The position numbers and the translations under genes are program-made. Positions 39,409 to 51,484 of a stretch of DNA of 64,000 nt are shown here, piece after piece (position 1 is the first letter of the stretch; each line of letters opens with the position of its first letter). The DNA is taken from contig CAVSWU010000003.1 of NCBI GenBank assembly GCA_963731795.1, forward strand, positions 1,158,216 through 1,222,215, given 5' to 3'. The stretch is from an uncultured delta proteobacterium. GTDB lineage: Bacteria; Myxococcota; Myxococcia; Myxococcales; Myxococcaceae. The notes under the pieces were generated by a model. That model did not search any database. It was given only the letters and a program-made list of their open reading frames with translations, and was not told the origin of the DNA.

Positions 39409-39978
39409 CTACCTGCGCGGCTCGGGAGGACGAGCGCCGTCCTCCTGCGGAGCGGGACGGCGCGGCCTGTGGAACTCGCGCCGCATCTCCCCCATCTCGG
39501 CCTGGAACTTCTGCCAGGTGTCCGGTCCCAGCATCCGCTGGATCTGGAGCATCAGCCCGATGCGGTTCTTGCGTACCGCCGTCTCCGCGCGTCCCACTGC
39601 CTCCACCTGCTGCATCACGGCGCTGTCGCTCGGGTTGGGCGAGTGCAGCAGCTTGTCCAGCTCCAGCTGGGCGCGCTCGAAGTCGGCCTGCAGGCTGATG
39701 AGCTGCCCGTCCGCCTCGAAGGTGAGGTCCTGGATCCGCTGGACGAACTCCTTCGACAGTCCGAGCTTCTCGACAACTCGCGGCGGGAGGCCATGAGCGA
39801 GCGGGGGCAGCCCCATCATCATGGGCGGTCCGGGAGGGGGCGGGGGCATGGGAGGCGGCGGGGGCATGGCCGGCTCTCCGCTCTGCTCGATGGCGCCGTC
39901 CTGCTGCTGGGCCACGGCGGGAATGGCGAACAAGACCACTGCGAGAGCGAGGGGCGGCAAGGTTCTGAGGATCATCAT
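39409..39978 (-). CDS. periplasmic Spy/CpxP-like (LTxxQ-type) protein with Pro/Met-rich segment
   Basis: Signal peptide MMILRTLPPLALAVVLFAIPAVA; AGGAG RBS; C-terminal helical LSKEFVQRIQDL…QADFERAQLELDKLL; long antisense ORF extension rejected. Confidence 0.6.
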   Translation of the reverse strand: MMILRTLPPLALAVVLFAIPAVAQQQDGAIEQSGEPAMPPPPPMPPPPPGPPMMMGLPPLAHGLPPRVVEKLGLSKEFVQRIQDLTFEADGQLISLQADFERAQLELDKLLHSPNPSDSAVMQQVEAVGRAETAVRKNRIGLMLQIQRMLGPDTWQKFQAEMGEMRREFHRPRRPAPQEDGARPPEPRR

Positions 39979-40056
39979 GAAGACTCCTGTCGGTGTACCC
40001 GACCATTTGAAGCCTCTGGAGCTGAAGAAATCCTTACGTGCGTATATTACCCCTCC

Positions 40057-41196
40057 ATGGCGGACCTTCCGGACCTCGAGACCCTTCGAATCGGCATCGA
40101 GCGCATCGACGCGGAGATCCTGGATGCCCTCCGGCGGCGGATGGATCTCGCGGACGACATCGCCCGCACCAAGCTGGCTGCCGCCTCTCCCCTGCGGGAT
40201 CCGAAGCGGGAGGACCTCGTGCTCCGAAAGGTCCGCGAGGTGGCAACCTCCAACGGCCTGGATCCCCACGAGATCGAGCGCATCTACCGGCTCATCATGG
40301 ACATGTCCGTCGCGCGGCAGCAGTCGCTCATCCAGCGGCTGGACACCACGCCGCTGCGCGTGGGCTATGCGGGCATCGAGGGCTCCTACAGCCACCTCGC
40401 CGCTCGCCAGCGCTACGCGGGCCGTCCCGGCGGCGTCCTGCTCACCGGCTTCGAGACCGGTCGCGAGGTGCTGGACGCCCTGCGCCGGGGCGAGCTGGAT
40501 CTCGCGCTGCTGCCCATCGAGAACACCTCGGCGGGGAGCGTGAGCGAGACGTACGATCTGCTCGCCGAGGGTGGGGTCGCCATCATCGGGGAGCTGCTCA
40601 GCGAGGTGGATCACCGGCTGCTGGGCCTGCCCGGCGCGCGGCTGGAGGACATCCGCACGGTGCTGTCCCATCCGCAAGCGCTCGCGCAGTGCGAGGCCTT
40701 CCTGCGCAAGGTGCCGTGGATCCGCCCCCAACCCGAGTTCGACACCAGCGGCGCGGCCCTCAAGGTGCGCGAGCGCAACGATCCCACGGTGGCGGCCATC
40801 GCCAGCGAGTCCGCGGCCCAGCGCTTCGGGCTGCAGGTGCTGGTGCGCGACATCCAGCCGGCCTCCGGGGACTACACGCGCTTCGTGGAGCTGGCCCGCG
40901 AGGCCACGCCTGTTCCCCCGGATGTGCCGTGCAAGACGACGATCACGGTCGTGCTGGAGTATCGGCCCGGGACGCTCGGGCAGGTGCTCACGGCGCTGGC
41001 GCAGCGGGGGGTGAACCTGGCCAAGCTGGAGTCCCGCCCCATCCCCGGCCAGCCGTGGCGGTACCGCTTCTACCTGGACCTGGAGGGACACGCGGCCTCG
41101 GCATCGCTGGTCGCGGCGCTCGAGGATCTCCAACCGCTCACTTCATCGATGCGGGTGCTCGGGACCTACCCGCGAGCGGAGAACGAGCATGGGTAG
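40057..41196 (+). CDS. pheA: bifunctional chorismate mutase / prephenate dehydratase (P-protein)
   Basis: N-terminal CM_2 domain, PDT domain (…LLPIENTSAGSV…), C-terminal ACT. Confidence 0.85.
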   Translation: MADLPDLETLRIGIERIDAEILDALRRRMDLADDIARTKLAAASPLRDPKREDLVLRKVREVATSNGLDPHEIERIYRLIMDMSVARQQSLIQRLDTTPLRVGYAGIEGSYSHLAARQRYAGRPGGVLLTGFETGREVLDALRRGELDLALLPIENTSAGSVSETYDLLAEGGVAIIGELLSEVDHRLLGLPGARLEDIRTVLSHPQALAQCEAFLRKVPWIRPQPEFDTSGAALKVRERNDPTVAAIASESAAQRFGLQVLVRDIQPASGDYTRFVELAREATPVPPDVPCKTTITVVLEYRPGTLGQVLTALAQRGVNLAKLESRPIPGQPWRYRFYLDLEGHAASASLVAALEDLQPLTSSMRVLGTYPRAENEHG

Positions 41197-42007
41197 TCCG
41201 CGCATTGCCTTCCAGGGCGAGCGTGGCGCCTACAGCGAGGAGGCCACGCGAGCTTTCTTCGGCCCGGCGGTGGAGGCCGTGCCCTGCCCCAACTTCCGTG
41301 CCGTCTTCGAGGCGGTGGCCGCGGGCAGGGTGGACGGGGGCGCGGTGCCAGTGGAGAACTCGCTGGCCGGGTCGGTCCTGGACAACGTGGATCTGCTGCT
41401 GGAGTTCTCCGTGCCGGTGACGGGCGAACTGTCGCTGCGCATCCGGCACTGTCTGCTGGCTCCGGCTGGAGTCGCGCTGGCCGACATCCACCGCGTCCTC
41501 TCCCACCCTCAAGCCCTGGCTCAGTGCGCGGGCTTCCTGCGCCAGCACGGCATCACTCCCGTGGCAGACGCGGACACCGCAGGCAGCGCCAAGAAAGTCT
41601 CGGAGCAGAGGCCGCCGAACACCGGCGCCATCGCGAGCCGGACCGCAGCGGAGCTCTATGGCCTGACGGTGGTGCTGGAAGGCATCCAGGATGGCCTGAA
41701 CAACTACACCCGGTTCCTCTCGCTGGGCACGGTGCCGAAGCTGCCGGGCTCCCGGAGCAAGACGTCGGTGAGCTTCACCCTGGAGAACACGCCGGGGGCG
41801 CTCCACGCGCTGCTGGGCGTGTTCGCCACGCGGGGCCTGAACGTGCTCCGCCTGGAGCCGCGTCCGCTGCGGCGTCCCTGGGATTACATCTTCTGCCTGG
41901 ATCTCGAAGGCTCGCGCGAGGATCCCCGAGTCAGCGAGGCGCTCGATGCGGCCTCGCTCCTGTGCGGCTCGTTCCGGGTGCTGGGCAGCTACCGCGTCGC
42001 CGACTGA
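41189..42007 (+). CDS. prephenate dehydratase (monofunctional paralog) with ACT domain
   Basis: 272 aa, …AVPVENSLAGSV… PDT motif; overlaps pheA stop. Confidence 0.8.
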   Translation: MGSPRIAFQGERGAYSEEATRAFFGPAVEAVPCPNFRAVFEAVAAGRVDGGAVPVENSLAGSVLDNVDLLLEFSVPVTGELSLRIRHCLLAPAGVALADIHRVLSHPQALAQCAGFLRQHGITPVADADTAGSAKKVSEQRPPNTGAIASRTAAELYGLTVVLEGIQDGLNNYTRFLSLGTVPKLPGSRSKTSVSFTLENTPGALHALLGVFATRGLNVLRLEPRPLRRPWDYIFCLDLEGSREDPRVSEALDAASLLCGSFRVLGSYRVAD

Positions 42008-42217
42008 GTTCGATCACCTCATCGATATCTGGCAGGACAAAGCCCGTTGGGCGGAAGAGTTGTTGAGCACTGAAGCGGGAATACCAGACATGCCGGGAAC
42101 AGCCGATCACGGGCCGTAAGATTGCGGTGTCGCCCACAGATTTGTTACGAATCGCTTCTCTATTCCCCGGGGGAAGTGCAACCTGCTGGGCCGGCAGGAG
42201 GACACCATTTGGAGCAG

Positions 42218-44173
42218 ATGGGCAAGTACCAGCTCGTCCGCAGACTCGCGACCGGCGGCATGGCGGAGGTGTTCCTGGCCAAGGCTGCCGGCCCGATGGG
42301 GTTCGAAAAGGAACTGGTCGTCAAACGGATCCTCCCCCATCTGGCGGAGGATCCTCGCTTCGTCGAGATGTTCCTCTCCGAAGCGAAGCTGGCAGCGCGC
42401 CTCAACCACGGCAACGTCGTCCAGATCTTCGACTTCGGCGAGCAGGACAACTCGTACTTCATTGCCATGGAGTACCTGGAAGGCCTCAACCTCAAGGCCC
42501 TGTCTCAGCGGGCCTTTCAGCGAGGCGCTCCCATCTCCTTCCCGCTCGTGGCCCGGATCGTCTCCCTGACCTGCGAGGGGCTCGCCTATGCCCACGAGTT
42601 GCTGGACCCCGAGAGCGGACAGCCGCTGGGGTTCATTCACCGGGACATCAGCACCGACAACATCCTCGTGTCGCTGACAGGCGGAGTGAAAGTGGTCGAC
42701 TTTGGCATCGCCAAGGCCGCCAACATAGGGCAGCAGACCCAGGGCGGCGTGCTCAAGGGGAAGCTGTCCTATATGCCCCCGGAGTACCTGATGGGACTCC
42801 CCATCGACTCACGGGCGGACATCTACGCTCTCGGGGTGGTGCTCTACGAGCTGGTCACCGGCCGCAAGCCCTTCGTGGCCGAGACAGAGGTCTTGCTCGC
42901 GCAGCTCATCGTCCACTCATCTCCGCCCGAGGTGCGGACCCTGCGCCCGGACGCGCCCGCGACGCTGGCCCAGATCATCGAGCGGGCTCTGCACAAGCAG
43001 CGAGAGGCTCGCTACGAGAGCTGCCGGCAGATGCAAGCGGACCTGGAGCGCTTCCTCTTCCAGTGTGGCGAGCCCGTCGGAGCGCTCCAGATCGCCGAGC
43101 TGGTCAAGACGCTGTCCGCGACGAATGGCGCCCCAGGGCGCCGTCTCTCGCGGGAAGTCCCCTTGGTGCCTCCGAGTGCCGCGCCCGCTACCTCCAAGGA
43201 AGTCACCAGGCCCCTGAGGGCGCCGAATCCAGCCGTGCCCCCCCTCCCCCCTCCGGAGGATCCGGCTGAGCCGACCGTTCCCGCTCTTCCTCCAATCGCT
43301 CCTGATGACGCGACAGAGAAGCCCACGGCTCCCCTGAAACGCTCTCGGCTCATGTCCCCATCCGAGACGGAGGCCGAGGACGAGGAGCTTCGGCGGCTCG
43401 TCGCACGTCCACGCTGGCGCTGGCCTGTGATCCTCGCCGTGGGCGCGCTCGCAGCGCTGGGCCTGGTCGTGTTCAGCTTCTCGGACAAGGGCGCGGGTTC
43501 CGCGGAGGTCGCTGCCCCCTCATCGCACGTGCAGGACTCCCCCCCAGCTTCAGCCCCTCCCTCGACGAGACCAGCGCCTCCGGCCGATGCTCCGCCCCAG
43601 GCAGCTCCGCAAGCTGCGGTGACTCCGCAGGCCAACACTCCTGCCCGTTCCCCGCAGGACGCCCCGAGCCAGCCAGCCCCCCAAGGAGTACCGGAAAAAG
43701 CTGAGGCGGTGGCGCCAACCCCTTCCCACGCGCCTACTGCCACGCCCCCAGGCTCCGCGACGCTCACAGTCACTAGCAATCGGAGAGCTGAGGTTTGGAT
43801 CAAAGACAAGCGCGTTGGAACGACGCCCTGCGAAGTGCCCGTCGATCCTGGCCAACTGACGGTCATGGTCACCGAAGTGGGACACAACGACCGCTTCAAC
43901 ATGGTGAAGTCGGTCAAGATCTCGGCGGGGGAGCATCAAGAGGTCTCTTTCAACATCCGTCGCGTCACTGTTCAGATACGCGGCAAACCAGACGACATGA
44001 AAGTCCTATCCGTGGATGGCCACACGATTCCCAGCGACGCACAGGTGCCACTCTACGAGGGAGAGCACATTGTCGAACTCGTGCACCCCCTCACTGGGAA
44101 GCACTACGTCTCGTCATGCGTGGCCAAGTTTGGGGAAAGGCTGTGCAAATTTTTTGTTATGAAGCTTCAGTAG
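42218..44173 (+). CDS. Ser/Thr protein kinase with TM segment and C-terminal PEGA domain
   Basis: [21 protein letters not shown]…[11 protein letters not shown]…DFGIAKA…; Pro-rich linker, TM ([18 protein letters not shown]), PEGA-like C-terminus; GGAG RBS. Confidence 0.85.
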   Translation: MGKYQLVRRLATGGMAEVFLAKAAGPMGFEKELVVKRILPHLAEDPRFVEMFLSEAKLAARLNHGNVVQIFDFGEQDNSYFIAMEYLEGLNLKALSQRAFQRGAPISFPLVARIVSLTCEGLAYAHELLDPESGQPLGFIHRDISTDNILVSLTGGVKVVDFGIAKAANIGQQTQGGVLKGKLSYMPPEYLMGLPIDSRADIYALGVVLYELVTGRKPFVAETEVLLAQLIVHSSPPEVRTLRPDAPATLAQIIERALHKQREARYESCRQMQADLERFLFQCGEPVGALQIAELVKTLSATNGAPGRRLSREVPLVPPSAAPATSKEVTRPLRAPNPAVPPLPPPEDPAEPTVPALPPIAPDDATEKPTAPLKRSRLMSPSETEAEDEELRRLVARPRWRWPVILAVGALAALGLVVFSFSDKGAGSAEVAAPSSHVQDSPPASAPPSTRPAPPADAPPQAAPQAAVTPQANTPARSPQDAPSQPAPQGVPEKAEAVAPTPSHAPTATPPGSATLTVTSNRRAEVWIKDKRVGTTPCEVPVDPGQLTVMVTEVGHNDRFNMVKSVKISAGEHQEVSFNIRRVTVQIRGKPDDMKVLSVDGHTIPSDAQVPLYEGEHIVELVHPLTGKHYVSSCVAKFGERLCKFFVMKLQ

Positions 44174-44187
44174 TGAAGAACCGCCCA

Positions 44188-45285
44188 ATGCTGCGCATCC
44201 ACTCCAGTCCAGCGCGCAACCGCACCATGCCAGCGGAGCACTGGGCCAGAGTGGGGTTCTCCGCTCTTCTGGCAGCCTTGGTGATCTTTCTGCTTCCGAG
44301 CCAGGCCTCCGCGCAGGAGCTCAATGTGCCCCAGAGTCGCAATCCCTACCTTCGCAAGATCGCGCATCTCTACGAGGCGCTCGAATATGAATCAGCGCTT
44401 CAGCTGATCCCGAAGGCGGAAAAGCACCCGAGCAACAAGGACCAGGAAGCGCTCTGGCTCGAGCTCATGCAAGGCATCTTGTATTACAGCCTTCATGACA
44501 GCCAGCAATCAGACGCGGCCTTCCTGCTCGCTCTCAAGAAGGCTCCCTTCACCTCCCTGCCTCTCCTCAATCCTTCCCAGACACTGTACGAACACTTCAA
44601 CGCCTTGAGGCAGGAAGTCACTCCGACAGGAAGGACCAAGTCCGAGACGAGTAAACTACATCCCGCGAGCACTGCCGCGCCCCCCAGTTCTTCCCCCAAC
44701 ACCGCCAGCGGCATCTCGGAGACAGCCCTGCAGGAGAAGTTGAATGCGCTGGAGCAGCGCGGGCGAGAGATGGCAGGTGGATCGATACCACCGACGATCG
44801 CCTCATCTCTCAAGACCTTGCGCCAACAGGCGCGTCAGGCGCAAACAGCCCATGAGCGGATGATCGTGGCCACGACGGTCGATCTCTGGATGAACCTGCT
44901 CAACGAGCAGCAGGCAGTAGCCCCCTCTGTCCCCGCCTCAGCGAGCGCCCCAGCCCCAGGCATGGGGCCGGTGCCTTCTCCAGAAGAGGACCCGCTTGAG
45001 CCGGAGAGCGAGCGCCTGTTGCACCCCATCTCTCGCGAGTTCCTCGGGCAGAGGATGGCTGAGATGAAGACATGGTTGAACAAGAACGTCCAAAACCCCA
45101 GGGGCCGCCTGGAAGTGCTTGAGCTGCTTGACCATGCTCGAGATCAGCTCGAAGCCTCCCAGAACGCCCACGAGCGCATGTCGGTCGCCATCAAGCTGGA
45201 CAATGTCGAAGAGCAGATGGCGCGGCGATTTGGCTGGAAGATAAAGAACCCGCGTCCGGAGGTTGCTGCTCCTTCGGACCAGTAG
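44188..45285 (+). CDS. secreted hypothetical protein (signal peptide, helical/coiled-coil); atypically low GC
   Basis: Signal peptide …ALLAALVIFLLPSQASAQE; start 44188 or 44227; codon usage markedly less GC3-biased than neighbours. Confidence 0.5.
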   Translation: MLRIHSSPARNRTMPAEHWARVGFSALLAALVIFLLPSQASAQELNVPQSRNPYLRKIAHLYEALEYESALQLIPKAEKHPSNKDQEALWLELMQGILYYSLHDSQQSDAAFLLALKKAPFTSLPLLNPSQTLYEHFNALRQEVTPTGRTKSETSKLHPASTAAPPSSSPNTASGISETALQEKLNALEQRGREMAGGSIPPTIASSLKTLRQQARQAQTAHERMIVATTVDLWMNLLNEQQAVAPSVPASASAPAPGMGPVPSPEEDPLEPESERLLHPISREFLGQRMAEMKTWLNKNVQNPRGRLEVLELLDHARDQLEASQNAHERMSVAIKLDNVEEQMARRFGWKIKNPRPEVAAPSDQ

Positions 45286-45296
45286 CCCTCTGACGG

Positions 45297-46421
45297 CTAC
45301 CGCGTCGCCGACTGAGCTCGCAGCCCGTCCCCATTGCGCACGGCCTCTTCGTACGCGCCGCGGACGATGCGCGTGTAGCGCTGGAGCGCCGGGAGCTGCT
45401 CCAGCCGCAGCGCCTGGGGCCCATCGCACAGCGCCTGCTCGGGGTGCGGGTGGAAGTCCACCAGCACCATGGACGCGCCGGCGATCAGCCCCTGCCCGAT
45501 CGCGTGGAAGATGTCCGGCAGCCCGTCCGGCCCCAGCTCCGAGCGGCCCACCGCGTGAGACGGATCCACGCACACCGGCAGCCGCGTGAGCCTCCGCACC
45601 ACGGACACGTGCGCGAAGTCCACCATGTTCCGGTGCGGCTCCCCCAGGTGCGTCTTCACCCCGCGCAGGCAGAAGATGATCTTCGGGTTGCCCTCGCTCG
45701 CCACGTACTCGCAGGCGTTGAGCGACTCCTCCAGGGTGATGCCCATGCCGCGCTTGAAGAGCACCGGGAACTCCCGCTGCTGGCCGATCTGCTTGAGCAG
45801 CTCGAAGTTCTGCGCGTTGCGCGTGCCCACCTGCAGCATGACCCCGGTGGCCTTGCCCGAGGCCTCCAGCGCCGCCCGGATCTCGTCGATGTGGCGCGGG
45901 TTGGTCACCTCCATCGCCACCACCTTGACGCCGTGCTTGCCCGCGAGCTCGAACACCCACGGCAGGCACGCCGCGCCGAGCCCCTGGAACTCGTACGGGC
46001 TGGTGCGCGGCTTATACGCGCCCATGCGCGTGGTGCGGATGCCGCACTGGGCCAGCGCTCCCATCATGGCATCCACGCTCTCGCGCGTGTCCACCGCGCA
46101 CAGGCCCGCGAAGAGGTTCACGCTCTTCTCGTCGAAGGTCACCCCGTTGTACTCGAAGCCCGCCGTCTCCCGCTTCCCACCGTGACGGCCGATCACCCGG
46201 TACTTCTCGGACACGCGCACCACCTGCCGCACGCCGGGGATCTGCTGGAAGGGCTCCAGCGGCACCTGAGCGGTGGCGCCTAGCAGGTAGATCTCGGTGA
46301 CCGCGTACTCGGCCCCCTCGATGACATGCCTCCGGGGAGTGAGCCCCTTGTACTGGGAGGCGACATTCAGGACCGCATCCACGGTGGAAGCAGGCGAGTC
46401 CGGCTCGAGCATCACGATCAT
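45297..46421 (-). CDS. 3-deoxy-7-phosphoheptulonate (DAHP) synthase, type I-beta with N-terminal regulatory domain
   Basis: 374 aa; KDO8P/DAHP synthase barrel (…KVVAMEVTNPRHIDE…VCVDPSHA…) preceded by ~90-aa FL/ACT-like domain. Confidence 0.8.
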   Translation of the reverse strand: MIVMLEPDSPASTVDAVLNVASQYKGLTPRRHVIEGAEYAVTEIYLLGATAQVPLEPFQQIPGVRQVVRVSEKYRVIGRHGGKRETAGFEYNGVTFDEKSVNLFAGLCAVDTRESVDAMMGALAQCGIRTTRMGAYKPRTSPYEFQGLGAACLPWVFELAGKHGVKVVAMEVTNPRHIDEIRAALEASGKATGVMLQVGTRNAQNFELLKQIGQQREFPVLFKRGMGITLEESLNACEYVASEGNPKIIFCLRGVKTHLGEPHRNMVDFAHVSVVRRLTRLPVCVDPSHAVGRSELGPDGLPDIFHAIGQGLIAGASMVLVDFHPHPEQALCDGPQALRLEQLPALQRYTRIVRGAYEEAVRNGDGLRAQSATR

Positions 46422-46485
46422 TCACAGGCTCCGAAACGAGAGAGGTGGGCCACACCTCTGAGGTAACAACCTTGGGTCGGGCTGC

Positions 46486-47049
46486 TCAGCCTGCGGGCCG
46501 CAGGCGTGCCGCGAGGTGCGCGTAGTGGCTGCTTCGCTCGGCATCCCCCAGGTGCGACCAGATGTCCGCCAGGGCCCTCGCCGCCTCAACGTAGGCCGGG
46601 TGGTACTCGAGCGCCAGTTCGAACGCGTGGCGGGCATGCCGGTAGCGCGCCTTGTCCACCCGCCGCGAACCTCGGGATAGCAGCGACTCGCCCAGGTTGA
46701 AGATCTCGGTGGCGGCGGCCTCCCGGTACGGCGGCTCGGGGTTGAGCTGGAAGGCGCGCTCCAGCAGGGTGGCGGCCTCCTCGGGCTCGTCCAGCTCGAG
46801 CTGGCACAGCGCGGCGTGGCGGTAGTTGTCCGCGACGGCTGGGTCCAGCTCGATGGCGCGCTCGAAGCAGCGCAGCGCCTCCGCCGGCCGGCCCAGCCTC
46901 GCGAGCGAGAAGCCCTTGGCACTCAGCGCCGGGCTGTGCCGCGGGTCCTCGTGGAGCACCTTGTCGAAGGCTTGGATCGCAGCCTGGTGATCCCCGGCCA
47001 TCGAGCGGTTCACCCCCTCGTTGAAAGCGGCGAGCAGCTTGTGTGACAT
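46486..47049 (-). CDS. TPR repeat protein
   Basis: 187 aa, 4-5 TPR-like repeats. Confidence 0.7.
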   Translation of the reverse strand: MSHKLLAAFNEGVNRSMAGDHQAAIQAFDKVLHEDPRHSPALSAKGFSLARLGRPAEALRCFERAIELDPAVADNYRHAALCQLELDEPEEAATLLERAFQLNPEPPYREAAATEIFNLGESLLSRGSRRVDKARYRHARHAFELALEYHPAYVEAARALADIWSHLGDAERSSHYAHLAARLRPAG

Positions 47050-47234
47050 CGCTTTCCTCTCGAAGCTCTGGCCGCGCGCATCACGGCCATCGAGCTAGCC
47101 TGACAGGCAGGAAGCGGGCTGAAAAGCCGCCCCTCCTCGGCGGCCGCCCCGAGCAGGAAGCCCCGCTAATAACTCGTCGCATCATCGCGTGGAGAAAGTC
47201 CGGATCTCAGGGAACCCAGCTCGGGCCTCTCCGC

Positions 47235-48870
<1,636 letters not shown>

Positions 48871-48886
48871 CCCCGTCTCCCTCGCC

Positions 48887-49883
48887 CTACGAAGAAAGTG
48901 TCACCGAGATCTGCTCCGGGCCACTCCCTTCATCTCTCACCCCGACAGCCGGCCCCTGCCGGCCGCTCACGGATGCACCTCGCGCCCGGCGCATCTGTTG
49001 AATCGCCCCGCTCAGCAGCTGCGTGGGTGCCCCCACCATGTCCGGGAAGCTCACCGCCCCCAGGCTCAGCGACGCTCGCAACTCCTTGCCCTCCACCTGT
49101 AAGCGCGCCAGCTCGACGCGCGCGGCGATCCGCGCCAGCACCCCTGGCAGCGCCTCCGCCGTCGTGCCTGGCAGCAGCAGCGCGAACTCATCCTCGGACA
49201 CCCGCGCCACCACGTCCGACTCGCGCACCGTCTGCCCCAGCACCACCGCTGTGTAGACGAGCAGCCGCTCCGCCAGCGCCATCCCGTACCGTTTGCGGAA
49301 CGCCCTCAGGTTCTGAGGCGAGCAGGCCGCCACGGAGAAGCCGCCGCCGTAGCGCTCCGCGCGCCGCGCCTCCAGGCCGATCTGCACCAGCAAGAACGCG
49401 CGGTTGTAGAGGCCGGTGAGCGGATCATTCAGCACCAGCCCCGTGCCCGCTTCCTCGGCGGCGCGCAGCACCGCGTCCCTCAGCCGGAGCTGCGCGTGCA
49501 GCTTGAGCGCCAGCACCGCCCCCATCCCCGAGCGCGGGACAATGTCCACGCCCTGCCCCTTCTCCACGCAGTAGCGCCAGGCCTCCGGATCATTCGGATC
49601 CACCAGGTAGAACAGCGGGACGGTGCCGCCGCCGAGCTGCCGCAGCCGGCGCACCGTCGCCACCGCCGTGAAGTCCGGCGCCTGCGCGGCCAGCACCACG
49701 GCATCCGGCCGGATCACCTCGAACAAGGGCGCCGCCGCATCGAACCGTGTGAGGGGCACCACCCGGAACCCCGCCTCCATCAGCAAGGCCCGTGTCGGAC
49801 TCCAGGTCCTCCGCCCGCGGCTCCACGAGGAGCACGGTCGGCTGTCCCCCAGCCTTACCGCCGTGCTTGCGCTTCAGCGCCAC
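48887..49883 (-). CDS. response regulator with GGDEF (diguanylate cyclase-like) output domain; frameshift ~49790
   Basis: GGDEF domain …RYGGGFSV… (GGGF variant) in ORF 48887..49786; receiver start [22 protein letters not shown] in ORF 49590..49883. Confidence 0.65.
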
Positions 49884-50014
49884 CGCTCCAACCTCCTACC
49901 CCCACCCAGAACTTTCTTACCCACCACGCCCCTCGCCATCGCACCCAGAATTACAGCCCTGCTCGCCGAGCGGCCCTATCCATCCCCTTGAACTTCCAGG
50001 GGAAGGACACCGCG

Positions 50015-50293
50015 TTACTCATCTCGGGCGCGGATCTGAGCAACCGCTGTGCCACTTTGGGCCTCGAGCAGCTTCGCCTCGAAGGCCGCCTCGTCCACCC
50101 GGTGCTTGAACGCCACCTCGCCATCAATGAGAACGACGGGGATGTCGTAGCGCCACGCCATCATGCCCGCTGGGTCCTCCAGGATGCTGATGATCCTTAG
50201 CTCGAAGGGGATGCGAGCACGGACTCGCTCCACGACGGTGATCGCCTCGTCACACAGCGAGCAGGAGGGTTTCGAGTAGATATCCACCTTCAT
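50015..50293 (-). CDS. glutaredoxin-like protein (thioredoxin fold, CSLC)
   Basis: 92 aa, MKVDIYSKPSCSLCDEA…. Confidence 0.7.
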   Translation of the reverse strand: MKVDIYSKPSCSLCDEAITVVERVRARIPFELRIISILEDPAGMMAWRYDIPVVLIDGEVAFKHRVDEAAFEAKLLEAQSGTAVAQIRARDE

Positions 50294-50314
50294 GGCGATG
50301 CAGGATGCTCAACG

Positions 50315-51469
50315 ATGCACGGCCTGTCAGGAGACTTCGCGACGATGCCCCTCCGGGACGTCGTCAACTACCTGGGGAACCGTCGGGTTTCCGGCAAGCT
50401 GCGGGTGCAGCGTGGAGGCGTGTTTAAAGAATTGACACTGAGCGAGGGCTCGGTGATCAGCGCCAGCTCCAACCAGCCGCGAGAGTACCTGGGCCAGTTC
50501 CTCATCAACATGGGGCACCTGACCGAGGATCAGCTCGGCCGGGCGTTCGAGGCCCAGCGGGAGACGGACATCCTGCTGGGGAAGATCCTGGTGATGAAGG
50601 GGATGGTGCCGGAGGGGACGGTCCAGAACACGCTGAGCCTGAAGTTCCGGGAGATGTTGCTGGACGCCTTCGAGTGGCCCGAGGGGGAGTTCGAGTTCGA
50701 GCCGATGGAGGTGTCCCACCCCAGCGAGGGCCTGGACGTCCGGATCGATCTGCAGGACATCTACCGCGAGGGCGAGTTCCGGGAGACGGCGTGGCAGGCC
50801 ATCCGGGCGGCGTTCCCCTCGGGGAAGGCGCGGCTGACGGTGGATGAGCGGAAGCTGGCCGAGCCGCGTCAGCCCGGCGGCATCGACGAGCGCCTGGTGC
50901 AGCTGATCAAGGACGGGCTGACGATCGACGAGATGGCGCTGGCGCTGCACGCATCGGACTTCTACCTGTACCAGCGGCTCTACGCGCTGTACCGGCGGGA
51001 TGCGGTGGCGATGCGCAAGGAGGCCACGCCTCCGCCCATTCCGGCCCCGGAGCCGCAGGCGCAGCCGCAGATCATCGGCTCCGAGTCTTCGGCGGACGAG
51101 GTGCTCCAGGCGGTGCGCATGTTCCTGGAGGCGCAGAACTTCCGGGACGCCGAGGTGCTGGCGCGCCGGGCACATGAGATGGCGCCCTCCGCGGACACGG
51201 CGGATCTGCTCAGGCAGGCAGAGGCAGGGCTGCTGGAGGCGCTGCGGCAGGTGCTGATGGATCCATCGAAGGTGCCCGCGCTGCAGGTGCCGCAGGCGAA
51301 GCTCAAGACGATGCAGCTCAGCGCGCCGGAGCGCTACCTGCTGTCGCGCATCGACGGGAAGCGGGACGTGGCCGCGATCGTCCGCGTCTCGCCGCTGCAC
51401 GAACTGGACGCGCTGAAGTACTTCCAGGGCTTCCTGGACAGCGGCTTCGTGAAGCTCAACCCGAGCTGA
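50315..51469 (+). CDS. DUF4388 domain protein
   Basis: N-terminal …DFATMPLRDVVNYLGNRRVSGKLRV… and C-terminal …LSAPERYLLSRIDGKRDVAAIV… DUF4388-like regions. Confidence 0.6.
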   Translation: MHGLSGDFATMPLRDVVNYLGNRRVSGKLRVQRGGVFKELTLSEGSVISASSNQPREYLGQFLINMGHLTEDQLGRAFEAQRETDILLGKILVMKGMVPEGTVQNTLSLKFREMLLDAFEWPEGEFEFEPMEVSHPSEGLDVRIDLQDIYREGEFRETAWQAIRAAFPSGKARLTVDERKLAEPRQPGGIDERLVQLIKDGLTIDEMALALHASDFYLYQRLYALYRRDAVAMRKEATPPPIPAPEPQAQPQIIGSESSADEVLQAVRMFLEAQNFRDAEVLARRAHEMAPSADTADLLRQAEAGLLEALRQVLMDPSKVPALQVPQAKLKTMQLSAPERYLLSRIDGKRDVAAIVRVSPLHELDALKYFQGFLDSGFVKLNPS

Positions 51470-51484
51470 GCGTGGTGCCGAGAC

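Noticed and set aside
39409-41133. 574-aa minus-strand ORF
   Set aside because: Only the C-terminal 189 aa (Spy/CpxP-like, starting MMILRT at 39978 with AGGAG RBS) are credible; the remainder is antisense to pheA.
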